Source: Moniliella sp. 'wahieum' (lineage: Eukaryota). From it: a DNA stretch of 64,000 bases. How positions within the stretch are numbered: position 1 is the stretch's first letter; each line of letters starts with the position of its first letter. The position numbers and the translations under genes are program-made. The stretch covers positions 124,001-188,000 of the forward strand of contig RSEE01000035.1 in the NCBI GenBank assembly GCA_003971905.1, given 5' to 3'. Below, one piece after another: positions 49,889-62,421 of the stretch. The notes under the pieces are model-generated. The model was not told the origin of the DNA. It saw only the letters and a list, made by a program, of their open reading frames with translations, and searched no databases.

Positions 49889-50431
49889 GGGGGGGGTGCG
49901 CGCTACGCGGGATGGCGTTCGGCGACCGTTGGAAAGCAGGGCGTGTTGGATGGTCGAGGGGGGTTGCCGGTTGCTTGGGGCACTCGCCTGCACCGCAGCA
50001 CCCGCCGGGGGCCCCACATGGCCTCAGCCCCGGTGGGCCAGCTGCAACGTTCAAAAGGATCAGCAGTCGGCCTGCCTGTTTTAAGTTGGATCAGATCAGA
50101 ATAAGCTCGATTAATGGCCACGCCCCTCGGCCCGCCCCGGAGCTCTTCTACACCGAGGCTATAGCCAAGCACCCCCTATTCTGCCTTTCGATTGAAGCTT
50201 CAATCGTGAGCCCCCCTGGCCCAGCTCGGATGATCGATGACGACGCCACCCCGTCTTGTGCTGGTCAGCACGCTCTGCTCCCACCACCGCACCGCCTACT
50301 ATCTGACCACCTCGCACATCGGTCCAGTCCAGCAGGGACAACTCGAGTAGACGAGACCTGCCACCCTCTCACCAGTCCTGTCCGCTCCCAGCTACAGCAT
50401 TCATCCCTCTGTTTCTGCCTCTCCGGGAGAC

Positions 50432-52053
50432 ATGGACTTCGAGTTCGTCCCGCCTCCCTTCTTTGATCCATACGGGGTGAGTCTCTCGCGCTCAATGGAG
50501 AGGAGGGAGAACAAACGTCAATGAACCTCACCTCGTATGCTGCCCGCCGCCTCGGGATGGGGAAAGCATTACCCCACTCAGTCCAGGTCGACACCCATTC
50601 TGTTCCCCCCGCCCCTTTCTCTCCCTCAATCCAACAGAAGGAAACGACATGTGTAGGTGAAATCGCATCCGCTCCAACACCGCACCATGAACCACCAAAA
50701 TGCAAGCCAGGTACGAACCATTGCAAGTCCATCCTCCCCCGTTTTTGCCAAGTGACTCACTTTCCGTATCTATGCAAGTCGGATCGAGACATGGTCTCTG
50801 CTGTCCCGCAAGAGCGCCCTCACAAGAACTGGGACGCGTGTGGTTCGGGCCTCACGATCAATACTTACTAGCAGGGAAGATGGCTCGACACTCCCTTGAC
50901 ACAGCCATCCACTTGGCACACTATTACGAGGGGGGCATAGACCCAAACGCTACATCCACAGCCAAGAACCCAGCGTATACGTTGGTCTGTAAGCTTGTTT
51001 ACAATCAGGGAGAAGGTGTCAGTCAAGAACAGGCAATATGGAGTTCCCTTCCTTCCAACGACCATCTTCTTCCATTAGTGTGGTCCGACAGGACCCCCCT
51101 TGAACGAACGTGTTTGCCCAAGCACATTGGCCGGTCCTGGTCCCATGTCGACATTTTTCTTTCCCCCCTTTGCAATATCGGGTCCTTGATTGACTTTGTC
51201 AATCGGGGCGGAGATATTGTCCCCAGTACCGCTGGCCTAGGGACGACCGCACCTTCTGCTAGGAATGGTCGACGCCGAGCAACCATCACTTCAGGCTCTC
51301 CTGTGCTCCCGCCACCGCCGCTACCTACCTCACGAGGACGATCTGCATCCGTACTTCAGACGGAGTTGACCAAGCGCGGGGTGGCCTTGTCGGTCGCTCG
51401 ACATGTCATGGTCCACCTTGCCCGGGCCGTCGAAGCGTTGCATGGGCATGGCATCGTGCACAACGACATCAAGCCTGACAATATCTTGGGTACGTTGGGT
51501 ACGGTCCCCCCTGGTGGTACTGAGAGCCAGGAGCAAATTCTTTGGCGCCTAGCCGATTTTGGACTAGCCCAGTATGTGCCGATTTCAGCCGACGTTGCAG
51601 CCAGGGACGCCACGGTCAGTGGCACGGCACCTCCTTCCAACGGACGCGGGGCTCGGTGCTCTACCTCGCACCTGAGGTTTTGTCTTCGGATGCGGACCTA
51701 TTTATGGGAAGCAAACAGGCCGACATGTGGGCTGTAGGATGTGTCCTGTTTATCCTCATCAACGGCTCCCTCCCTTCAACGACCGTCTGTCCAGTCGCCT
51801 GCAAGCTAAAATTCGTTCAGCCAAATGGGAGATGCCGTTACGCCTGTGGTCAGGCTCACCCCCGCCGTTGGTCTCGCAGTCGGGATCACTTGCTACGTCG
51901 AACTCGTCCGGCGACGGGAGAGACCGGTTGTGGGAAGGGACGGTCAGTGAACGAGCCGCTGCACGGGAGGCACTGATGGGATTGCTGAATCCAGACCCCA
52001 CCCGCCGCTGGGACATTGATCGTTTGATCCATTCCACGTGGCTTGCCTCCTGA
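50432..52053 (+). CDS. Ser/Thr protein kinase, CAMK-like, non-RD; start uncertain (50432 or 50521); frameshifts
   Basis: LVCKLV, EQAIWSSL, LHGHGIVHNDIKPDNIL, LADFGLA, RGSVLYLAPE, DMWAVGCVLF..NGSLP, LLNPDPTRRWDI..HSTWL. Confidence 0.85.
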
Positions 52054-52719
52054 CCTTTCTCACTGTGACTCGGGCAATCGCCGATACCATCAAGTGTGGT
52101 CTGGTGACATCGCGCACAGCAGTACGTCGGATGGTAAGAAATGCATACTACCAGTACAGCCTTTGAAAGAGACAGTTTGATGGTTGTTGGGGCACGATTC
52201 AGATCAGAGCCTTTTCGAAAGTGCGACAAACAGATGCCGTCTCGCTTGCATAGATCACGTAGCGCTGTACCACTTCGTGCGGATGGGCATCCACATAGAG
52301 AATTACACCTTACGAGGCACCGCGTGAGAAAGGGAGAGGTTGGGCAGTGTTATAGGATGAGAAGCTGGAAGAGGTAGCAGATCGCATGGCTGCCCAGCGG
52401 CTGGTCCGTGGATAATATCAAGGTAACGCCAATTTATACTCCGCGTATATTGTCCAGCTGCCAGGCCGGTGAACCAGGATTACGCAATGATTATATCAGC
52501 TCCCCCCTACGGCGCTGAGCTGGTGGGATTTCCAGCCAGCTTTTTATTCGGCTCGGGGAGGGCCATGTGATAGACAGAACCCTACTGAAAAGGGAAAATA
52601 CGCCGCAGCATTTGCTGCGCTGTCCAAGTCGTCTGGGCGGCTCGGGACTCGACTGTTGCTGCTGCTCCCACCCACCCACCAAGTTTTCTTCTGTCTTGTT
52701 GGTCACCGCTGATTCCGAT

Positions 52720-53184
52720 ATGAGTTACGTCGCCAAGGACCCCAAGGCCGATGCGCAGCCCCAGGCTCAGCAGCACAAGATCCGCATCACGCTGACCAGC
52801 CGCAACCTCAAGAACCTCGAGAAGGGTACGTGTTGGTGTCTCTTGTAGCGCTCCCGCGCTCGGCCTGCGTGCTGGCTGGGACGCACCGGGGACTAATACT
52901 GACTTGCTTTTTTTCCTTGGTTCCAGTTTGCTCGGACCTCGTTACCCGCTCCAAGGACAAGGGCCTGCGCGTCAAGGGCCCCGTCCGCCTGCCCACCAAG
53001 GTGCTCTCGCACGTCGTGCGCAAGTCGCCCTGCGGTGAGGGCTCCAAGACCTGGGACCACTTTGAGATGAAGATCCACAAGCGTCTCATTGACTTCCAGG
53101 GCACGTCGGAGGACGTTCGTCTGATCACCCGCTTCAACCTCGAGCCCGGGGTTTGAGGTTGAGGTCACCATCATTGATGCCTAA
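52720..53184 (+). CDS. RPS20: 40S ribosomal protein S20 (uS10); intron 52826-52926; one-base frameshift near 53150
   Basis: [68 protein letters not shown]. Confidence 0.98.
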
Positions 53185-54633
53185 ATGGTGCGTGTCAGGG
53201 CGGACACTCCTTTGGCTTCTTGCGGCTGAATGCTCGGGTGAGCAATTTGTGTTGCCTGTATGGCTTTGAGCCTATGCGCATCTGAACACCCTTCTTTCAG
53301 AGCTGTGTTCGCATACAAAAAAATCATCTTTTTGATGCTACCAATCACCATTGCTTCCCAGGAGGATGCGATCTCCCTTTAGCCTACAGTTCCTCACCTT
53401 GCCTTCAGTTTGCGTAGCTCGTAATGTTGGCATTTCAATTTCTTCCGCTTGCGGTTACGAGATGCACTAGGAAGTGGCTGAGGGTGGGAAGCGAACACCT
53501 GATCACTATACTGAGTCCCAAGGTACGTTTGGTGCGTTAATACAGCCACTACGAACAGTCCGAGTAAGTTCCCAGCTTATTAGATTGAACCGCGTACGTC
53601 TCGTATACGATCATCCCGATTGAGGCGAAGAGTGCTGGTCTTTTTCTCGACTACTCGCATTTTCTTGACGCTCTTCCCAGTGAGAGGTTTTCAAAGTCTT
53701 ATCATCCCAGTGGGCTGTGCCCCTCGAATCCGCCTTTGGATGCCGTATTATGCAATCGCATCGCATCCTTCATGTCAGATCAGATCGCCCTTCACAGTAG
53801 CTCCGTCAGTATAGCCTCTCCAGCTGCACACTTCTCCTGAAAAAAATATCCGCCTCCATCAAATTCTGGATCGTTCTTCTCAGGAGATTATGTAGTCGGT
53901 CTGATGGTGCGGAGAGGGACAACTGAAAAAACGTTAACCGGGGTTCAAAAGCGTTTTGACGTCTTCGAGGGGGAACTACTAGATACACCTTTCGGCAGAC
54001 AACCTTCCCCTGTCAGTGAGTCTGAGCGTCCACCCATCTTGGCCATTACCTCTCATCCCTCATCCTCCCAAAAAAAACGCAACGGCGAGCGAAGAAACGA
54101 GAACCTGCCACTGGCATTACTGCAAGAACGTACCGTCTGTTTTGACGTTGCACCCACAATAGCTTCGTCAGTGCGTCGTCAATACTCAATACTCACTCCA
54201 GCCATCAGCCGTACCACACCGCCTCCCATGTACGCGATGCAGGCCCACCGCCCCAAGTACAGCTTGAAAACCACTGGATACCACTTGTTGTAGCACGCGC
54301 CCACGGCCACTAAGGTTCACAATCCTACAACACTACTATCGCTATCGTTTTATACGCAGCGCCCATCGGCTCTCGTTGGATTGCCGTGGGCGCCAGTTTT
54401 CCAAACTTTGATCCGTCATCAATCTAGTCCTACCAGATGCTGGACTGTGGCCAGGCTGGGACAACAGAACAACCCGAACGAAGCGGCCCGTCACGTGCCA
54501 ACGCAGGGAAATACGGCATCGGGCCCACCCCAGGACGAAGGCTTGACCGGACGAGCACGAGAAAAAAAGAGCAAGAAAAAGAGTAGGTGGGGGGGGGGAG
54601 GGGAAGCCTACATCGAAAAAAAAAACACGTCTT

Positions 54634-57149
54634 TCACCGACACACGATTAAAGGAGGCACGCTGCGGCTCCCACCACAGCCAACAAGACCGTCGGCACGG
54701 TCAAGAGAGCGGCCGGCTGGGCTTGGAGGACGTAGCGGAACCACCAGAGCCGAGGGGGCGTTGCCGCCGTTGGAGCCCCAGGGGGAAGTGGCATTGGAGA
54801 CCACGTTGTGGCTCTCCACGTCCCACTGCGCCAGAGCAACGCTCGGAGGCTGGGTCGTGTCACCGGGACCAAGGTTGTCCCACTGCGGCTGCCACCAGGT
54901 CTGCAACGTAACATCCGATGTGGTGGGCAAGTCAATGGTGAGCAACGTGACGTTGGTGTTGACAGGGTCGCCAAAGTTGTTGACGTAGACGCCCGTGTTG
55001 CCCGCGGGGGGGCCTTCGGTCTTGAACGTGGCGTTGGCCGGCTCGAGGATGGTAATCTTGAGTTGCTTTTCAGGGAAGGTGTAGTACAGCTCCTGCGTCG
55101 CCGCGTTGGGGTTGGCCAGGTCCGAGATGGAAAGGGTAGCCGTGTTGCCGTTAATCTGGACCGTCGCGTTGGTCTGGACGTGCCACGAGAGCGATTTCTT
55201 GGCCACTCCACCCTTAATCTCGTCCTGCAGCAGCATCTGCCGACGCGCGTTCAGGAACCGGATGCCACGCTGCACCGAGCCGAGCCGACTGGTTGTAGGC
55301 GAGCTCATGTCCGTCACAAAGAACGCCGTGTCGTTGACACCGGGCGCGTAGTCCACCGATGCCGACTGGGTCACGTTGGTCGAACCAAACTTGTTGACCG
55401 GGCGCAGTTGACCTGCTGGTTCAGACCGTCGACCAGGATCGTGTTCTGGCCCTGGGTCATCTTGCGGAAGTAGGTCCAGCGCTGGGACGTCTCCACCTCC
55501 GTCGAGAAGTAACCGTCGGAAAGGTACTGCGCCGACCCGTACTCACCGGCCCAGCGCGTTCCCATGGCATCAAACACAAAGTCACCACGTCCAAGTCACC
55601 ATGGGTCTGGTGACCGGTCAAGTTGGAAGCCTTCATGCCAATGTAGGTGCCGTTCCAGTTGGTCCACGACGAGCGCATGGAAACCCAAGAGCCACGCGTG
55701 TCGTCAAAGAAGCGGTCGAGCGCAAGACCGTTCCAGAAGGCACCCTTGGCCGACTCGTCGTACCAGAACAGCGCGAGCGGTCACCCAGAGCATCTGCACG
55801 GTCGCGCTGGAAGAGGGAGAGAAGGGTTTGGTTGTACTGCTTGCCCCACCAGAGCATGCCGTTGGCGTTGGTGGAGAACTTGTTGGGACCGTGGTCACCG
55901 TACGCCATCATGCCGGCCATGCCCGAACGTACATGTGGAAGAAACCAGTCTTGTAGAACTCAGTTGAGGTTTTGGTTCGAACCGGTGGCCGAGATGAGGG
56001 CGACTCGACGCGAGCGGCGGCGTTGGTGCCAAAGTACCAGTGTTGGGCGTTTCAGGCCAGGTACCGTCGTCAAAGGGAGCCTGGAAGCAGTTGTCGCGCA
56101 AGTTCTCCAGACCCTTGGTCAAGACCTGGGACGAGGTTTTGCGGGTCATCGCCATCGTCGCCATTGATCGCCAAGGCACCGAGCAGCAGACCCGAATTGC
56201 ACACACAGTTCCAGTTACCATCGCCGTTGGCCGGCTCGGTCCACCAGCCAATGGTGCCGTTACCATTGTAGGATTCGAGACCAGGCGTAAGACCAAGAGT
56301 GATGATGGACCAACGGATGGCCTCACGCTGCTCGGGCGTCCAGGCATCGTAGAGCCAATCATAGCCAATCGCGAACGCAGCGGTCATCTCACCCGTGTCA
56401 AGGAAGTGAACCGGGTTCCAGTGCTGGTCTGGCAGCGGGGCCGGGCCTTGGCCAAAGGGTTGGGACGTGTTGCCGGCGGCGGTCTGGAGCTCGGTCCAGG
56501 TACGGTCGGCCCACTTCTTGTCGCCAGTGACACGGTAGGCATAGCCCCAAGCGCGCACGCGGCGTTGCACCTCACGGGCCACGTCGAGGATACCCGAACC
56601 AGCGTAGCCACCGTCGATGGAGTAATTGGTGGGGGGCATGTTGTACCAGTTGGTCGCATTGGTAAAGACACTGTCGTTCATCAGCGTCAGATAGCCATCC
56701 TTGGAAATGCGCTGCGAGAGGCAGTCCCACTGGTAGCCGGGGACCATGACACGCGGGTGCTGGCGCAAGTTCTGGAGGGACAGGCCGGTGGCGTTGTCCT
56801 TGCACTGGGTGGCCGCGTCGGCGTGGAAGGGAGCAGCGGGGTCAAAGTCGTTGAGGAAGATGGGGTTGCCGTACAAGTCGGTGCTGCCGTAGAAGGGCGT
56901 GTCGGCGTTGCCAGCCTTGGCATGGTTGTTGGCCAAGTCCCAGAGGTCAGTGTTGACGATGGAGCTGGTCGGAGCACCGCCGTTGGAAGGGGAGGAGGAG
57001 CCCTTGGCGGCGACGCTGGCCACCGCGACAGCGGCGGTAGCAGCGGCGCACAGGAGCGTCTTGGGCCCCGTGCGGGAAGCTGGCGAGCGGCGGGAGGGGT
57101 CAGCACTGGGCGACGCAGGGGCGGACGAAATGGGGGACGTACAAGGCAT
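54634..57149 (-). CDS. Heparinase II/III-like polysaccharide lyase (alpha-toroid plus beta-sandwich); no intron evident; several frameshifts; 3' end approximate
   Basis: HPRVM, SGILDVAREVQRRVRAWGYAYR, WNPVHFLDTGEMTAAFAIGYDWLYD, GNWNCVCNSG, DGTWPET, YGDHGPNKFSTNAN, GHQTHGDLD, FDAMGTRWAGE, YFRKMTQGQNT. Confidence 0.85.
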
Positions 57150-59814
57150 GGTGGTGAACGAGTGTGGGTGTGGAGGAGAAAAGGAAGAGGGACGCAAAGG
57201 AGCGGGCAGCGGTGGGGAGGTGGTGGTGGCGGCGGCAGTGGGGTGGGAGCAATGCTGCGCTGAGCTGAGCCAGCAGTGTGTGGATGCGCCTGCTGCGTGG
57301 CCACACACTGCCCCCGTGCGGGCGGGGCAGGCCGTCGTACGCCGCGCCGGGGTTGGGTGGCTGCGGCGGCGGGTGGTGGTGCGGGGCGGGTGTGGCCTGG
57401 TGCGGCCGCCCAGGGGCAGCCTGCATGCGCTCCGACACGGCGCATCCCCTGCATCCGCACCGCCCCCTGCAGCGCACGCTGGCGCAGTGCGTGCCCGCCG
57501 GTGGCCGCCCTGCCGATCACCGTCCAGGCCCATACCGGCGCCATGCCGGCCGGCGCAACCGCGTCGTGGGCCCACCCCCGCACTGCCGCTGTGCGCGCGG
57601 GTGGCACGGGTGCTGGCATCGGTGGAATGGGGCACGAGGGTAGTGTCACGCTGGCGCGGGCGGCTGCGGCTCCCTCCCGGACCACAGGACGCCGGCTAGC
57701 TACGGCAGCGACTGGCCACTCAGCGTGCCTAAACCTTCGCACTCGCACTGCGTCCCTGCCCTCAGCCCCACCTGCTGGGGCTGAGCTGAGCGCGTTTGAT
57801 CCGATGCATGATGAACTGCAGCGCGGATCGGTTGTGCATGCCACACTGCTTCCGATCGCAGTGACAGTGTTCGTCGTGACATTGACACGTAACGCGCGTG
57901 ACGCCGGACGGCACGTGACGCGTCGCGATGGTCGAGAAAGAGCGTGGGCACAGCGCATTTCTCTCCATCCAGACCAGATATAGATGCCTGGCCAAAGAAT
58001 GGGGGCACCTTATTACTACTACTGGCCCCTTTCAGACACCCTCCCGTCCTCCCCTCCATTGGTACCAACCCAAACGGAGGCGTGACATGCGGTGCACGTC
58101 TTTTGTCTCGCAGTAAAACGCACTGTATTACCAGAGTATGCATGGCTATTCTTTGGTGGGTCCAGAAGCGAGTTCGCATCGCAAACGGCAGCACCGCTGG
58201 GCCTCCAAACAGCATCACCCCACGTATCCAACAACAGCAACTGACACATCGCCCCTCTCCCATCACAACAGCACCACCAAAAGTCCCCGTGTATCTCTTG
58301 TGGGCGAAGGTGCCAAGAATCCTTGGTTCGCCTCCCGCTTCGTCCGGGTGAAACAGAGATGATGTCCTCTCCATCGGCGAAGCGAGCCACGAACTGTAAG
58401 GCCGGAGAAACCCAAGGATTTGGGTGGAGAACCTCTGGAAATGTGTAGAGCAATGCTGTCGCGATGGTGGTGGTTGCGGTTGAGGGTTAAGTTGAGGTCT
58501 AAGCAGTCTGTCACACCTAGAGGAGACAGGGGTTTGAACAAGCCAGAGCATACGCCTAGAGGCTTCGGAGGTCAAATAAGGGGCAGAGGATGATCATAAG
58601 GCGCCTTGGCCTACATACAGGATCGCGGGTCCCAACACCATCACGACAGTCATCAGCTTATTGGCCCGGTAAAAAGGATCCGTCGTTGCCCTTCGAGAGC
58701 ATCATACATCCCCCTGTGCTCAGTGGGGAAAGAAAAGTAAAGTGCCCTGCAGTGAGATTCACGTTCTCGCTTGAAAGGTAAGGGCCCACAGGCTGTGATG
58801 TGTGGCATTCAGCTATTATGCCACACATTCGCAGGTGCGCCACCGGCAGGAAGCGTCAGAATTTGGTGAGGCAATAGCGAACGTGGTGGGCCCAAGCGGC
58901 ACGAAAATAAAAGGAGAGTCTGCTCTGGGTATGACGTGGTCTCCGCCCAGCGGCAGCAGATTGTTGTTTTGCGGCACACCTGTTCTTTGCTGTACAAACC
59001 CAGGCAGAACCGCCTTATTGTGGTCCTCCAGAGTGGGTCAGACGTATTGAAGAGCCAGGTTCATTTCGACATGATAGAAGGGGGAACAGTGTAGTGCTTA
59101 TAGCACGAGGGCTTCTGCCCCAGCCTCAAGTAGCGGCAGAGACGACATAAAACCTGTCGGGCGAGTTCAACAAACAAGTGAGTGAACGGTCAGAACAGCA
59201 TATGTGAGAGCAGTCGCAAACTTAGTACCATCACCGTTCCTTTTCGTTGCACCTATATTATAGCAAGTGAGCCAAGTGGGAGCTGGCTGGTATACACTAC
59301 TGCACCTCTCCGCCATGGTGTTGTATAGTGGTGTTGTGATGCTGAGGGTTGGCTACCTCGGGACGGTCGCGGGGAACAGTGGATTGAAGGGATCGCACTA
59401 GCTCGCCAGTGAGTTCCCTATACACCGCACGAGCACATTTATACTACCTTCCTTTGCACAAACTGCAATGCATAATGTGTTCCCTCCTTCTTGCTCTCTC
59501 ATCCCGAAGGCATCCAGACTCCCATTCCACTGGATCTCTCTTAACAGTAATCAGGCTCAATATTCCGTGCGGGGAACAGGACCGCTGCTCCAAGACGGCA
59601 GCGCAGCCGTCGCCAACGACCTGCGATCTGGCAATGCATCGGCCCCCCGATGGGCACTAGAAGGTCAGGTCCCGTGTTGTGCACGGCAAGTCGGTGTAGG
59701 GTGGTATTAGGCCGAGTCCTTAAGGGATTGAATCGGGCGGTTGTCCGGTAGTCGACAAGTATGAAGGTGTACTGTTGGGGCAAAGAAGAACGTCATATGA
59801 GACTGGCTCAACGC

Positions 59815-60529
59815 CTACCCCTCGACGTTCTTGATGTTTTCCGACGAAGTCTCGAGTTTGGCCTGGTTGAATTCTTGTGAGGTAGGCAGGTCGACATGCA
59901 CTTTGTTCGCGACGGCAATGTGGATAGTAACGTTTTCCGCCTTCAGGTCGAGCACGTGGCCGCCGGCGTCGCGCTGGTCCGTGATAAAGTGCAGGTGTTG
60001 ACCAGCAACGGAGAATCCCTGCCAGGAGAGCGGGGAACGGAACCCGACAACCGTGCCGTGTTGGTCGGACAAGCTCATGATCTTCTGGGTCTTGTGTACC
60101 TCTACCAGTGGCTGACCGTGGTACTCTTGACCACAAAGGGACCGCACTTGCAGATGAGGGTAGTGCCCGCCTTCAAAGCGGTAGGAAACAAACAGGTTGT
60201 CTTGCCCGGGCACGGCCGTCCAGGATGGCATCCAAGTCGGCCTTAGAGGCCAATGTCACGCCACGTAGGGTGGTTTGGGCTTCAAAGTGGGTGGCCATGA
60301 CAAAGGGGATGGTCTCCTCGGGACCTGCCACGCGCACCGACCCATCATACAACAGCTGATACACCGCCCCGTCCAACAAGACCAGCTCCCCGCGCATGCG
60401 GGAAAAGGTTCCGAGGCCTTGATTGCCGTGCTGGATCACAGCGGAAACAGTGGTGCCCTGCTCAACGACGCCAGCCATGAGCGCGTTGATCAGACTGAAT
60501 TGGTACACCTCGTTAGGCACAGCAGTCAT
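59815..60529 (-). CDS. Alpha-acetolactate decarboxylase (AlsD/BudA family); intronless; one frameshift near 60200-60230
   Basis: VYQFSLINALMAG, HGNQGLGTF..RGELVLLDG..YQ, PFVM.THF, NLFVS, VRS, GTVVGFRSP, Zn-binding VAGQHLHFI...GGHVLD, terminal E in IKNVEG*. Confidence 0.92.
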
Positions 60530-62108
60530 CGTGAAGGCCACGCACGGAGGAAGGGGGGGGGGGGGGTGAGGCTAAGGGATGGGGATGGGGAGAAGGGCAG
60601 GGTGGGGGTCACAACCAAAGATGGTGCGGCATGGGGGAGAGCTGATGCGCTGATGCGCGTCTTGGCTCTTGACGCAGCTGCCGGAGGCCCTGAGGCCCTG
60701 AGGCCTGATGGCGAGCACAATAGGGCAGAAATGCCCAGATGAAGGTGGCCGAAAAGCCACCCACGTCAGTAGTGCTCGGTCAGCGGATGGGATGTGTCAG
60801 CGCATCGGCTTCATCGATCTGGGTCATCGATCATCGACTTGAACAGGGCCGCTGCATTCAGCACAGGGCGTCAGTCGTGCTGGGCACTGCGCTGAGGCTG
60901 AGGGCGAGGAGGTTTTGTGGTGGTCATATCACCCCGGCGGGCTCTGGCGATCTGGCGGCCCTCGAGAGTTCGAAGTCACTAGTCAAACGCGGCCGCGGCG
61001 ATTCTTGATTCAGGCTCGGGCGGAATGAAATGAATGTTTTCCCAGCTGAAATCTGAGATCTGAACTAAAGCCCGAGAGAAGCTGCAACATTGCAACGGAA
61101 ACAGAACCCAACGCATCGAATCGAGTTTTGAGCTTTGCCCATCATATGCAGAAAAGGCCACCATGATGTTGCGTCAGGTGTTCAAGACGGACTATACTGT
61201 TTTTGCATTTGTATGTGTTGGTAGCCGTGCTGCTGTGTTGGTTGTGTTGCATGGTGAGCCATAGAAGGGTGGCTCTTGCGTTTGGCCAAAACATCTGCGG
61301 CCGCGAGGCTCTGCTGTCTTCGCGCTTCTGTCGTCGTTATCATGATCTTTCCCCAGCAACCATCAGGCCTGCCAATGGCGAGACTGTTGCTGCCTAAACT
61401 ATTAATTTTGATGTAAGGAAGGGAGTGACAGTCAGTTGCAGCTGCGTATATGCGTGGATCGTCATCAAGACCCGTTAAAGGGGTCCAAGTATTCTGGGGT
61501 AGTATATGAAATCCTTGGTCGGTCTGGTAAAGCGGCAGAGAAGGCACGGGGTGTGTAGGCAAGATTCAGTCGTGTTAAGCTGCGCGACAGCCAAACAATA
61601 AAGCTACCGACAATAGCACGGTACTGTGGTGGTGCTCAGAGGGGGTAGTAGCACGCGCCCCGTTGCCCCGGCACTAACGCCACTGCGGTTAGGCAAGACA
61701 GTGTGCCGATGCGTAGCGTGGACAGCAAAGTCGCGGTGATAAGGGATTGCATACAAAAAGTACGCTACTTCTACTTCATGAGGAGAAGGATGCCATCCAG
61801 GTGGGCTTCGAAGTGTGCGCCGAGGAAGGTAGGCATAGGGGGCCGGAGGAGCTCACAGCGAGGCCGGCTTCCTTCGGTTGCTTACCAAACCTCTAGGAAC
61901 ACTGCATCCGAAGTGCGCGCGCATGGAACGTCATCCACAAAAATACGAGGACAGCTGCTCCCGCTTAATTGGATGCCGGTAAAGCACCATGGTTCGCTGA
62001 GGTGTTGGCGGATGCCTAATTTCTTGCGAGCAGCCCAACGGAGAAAAGATACCACGCACGACCGGATTGACACAGGCTGTAGAGTGCTCGGGCGCGACAC
62101 TTGATGCA

Positions 62109-62421
62109 TTAGACCGTAGAGTGTTCGGGCGACACAACGGAGGCATATTCCCGCGGGCATATTCCCGTGGGCAGGTGTCCTCCGGGCTGTCCGAGGCTAA
62201 GGCGAGAAGACCCAACCGTGAGATTCCGTGCATGCAGCAGCTGGGCAGACAGTGTTAGTGGCAGGCAGGACAACTCCAATAGGCGCGAAGGACGGCGGAC
62301 GTACGATGGCAAGGCAAGACCAGCCAAGCGAGAGGACCACAAGCGAGGCAAACCACGTGAGCGACACAGCCCAAGTGAGCAGACGAACAAGAGCGCGTCG
62401 AAGGCGAGCGAAACGGTGCAT
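62109..62421 (-). CDS. Candidate 82-aa small membrane protein in a multi-intron transcript (intron 62241-62304)
   Basis: Spliced ORF MHRFARLRRALVRLLTWAVSLTWFASLVVLSLGWSCLAI|LLHARNLTVG...PEHSTV*; GTACGT donor, ACTAAC branch, CAG acceptor; no recognised homologue. Confidence 0.35.

Noticed and set aside
53140..53160. Programmed ribosomal frameshift in RPS20 or other genes
   Set aside because: Frameshifts are ubiquitous and often at homopolymers; assembly error is far more parsimonious.
53575..53600. GGTTCAATC (T-loop-like) on the minus strand
   Set aside because: No T-stem or cloverleaf; no tRNA supported here or elsewhere in the window.
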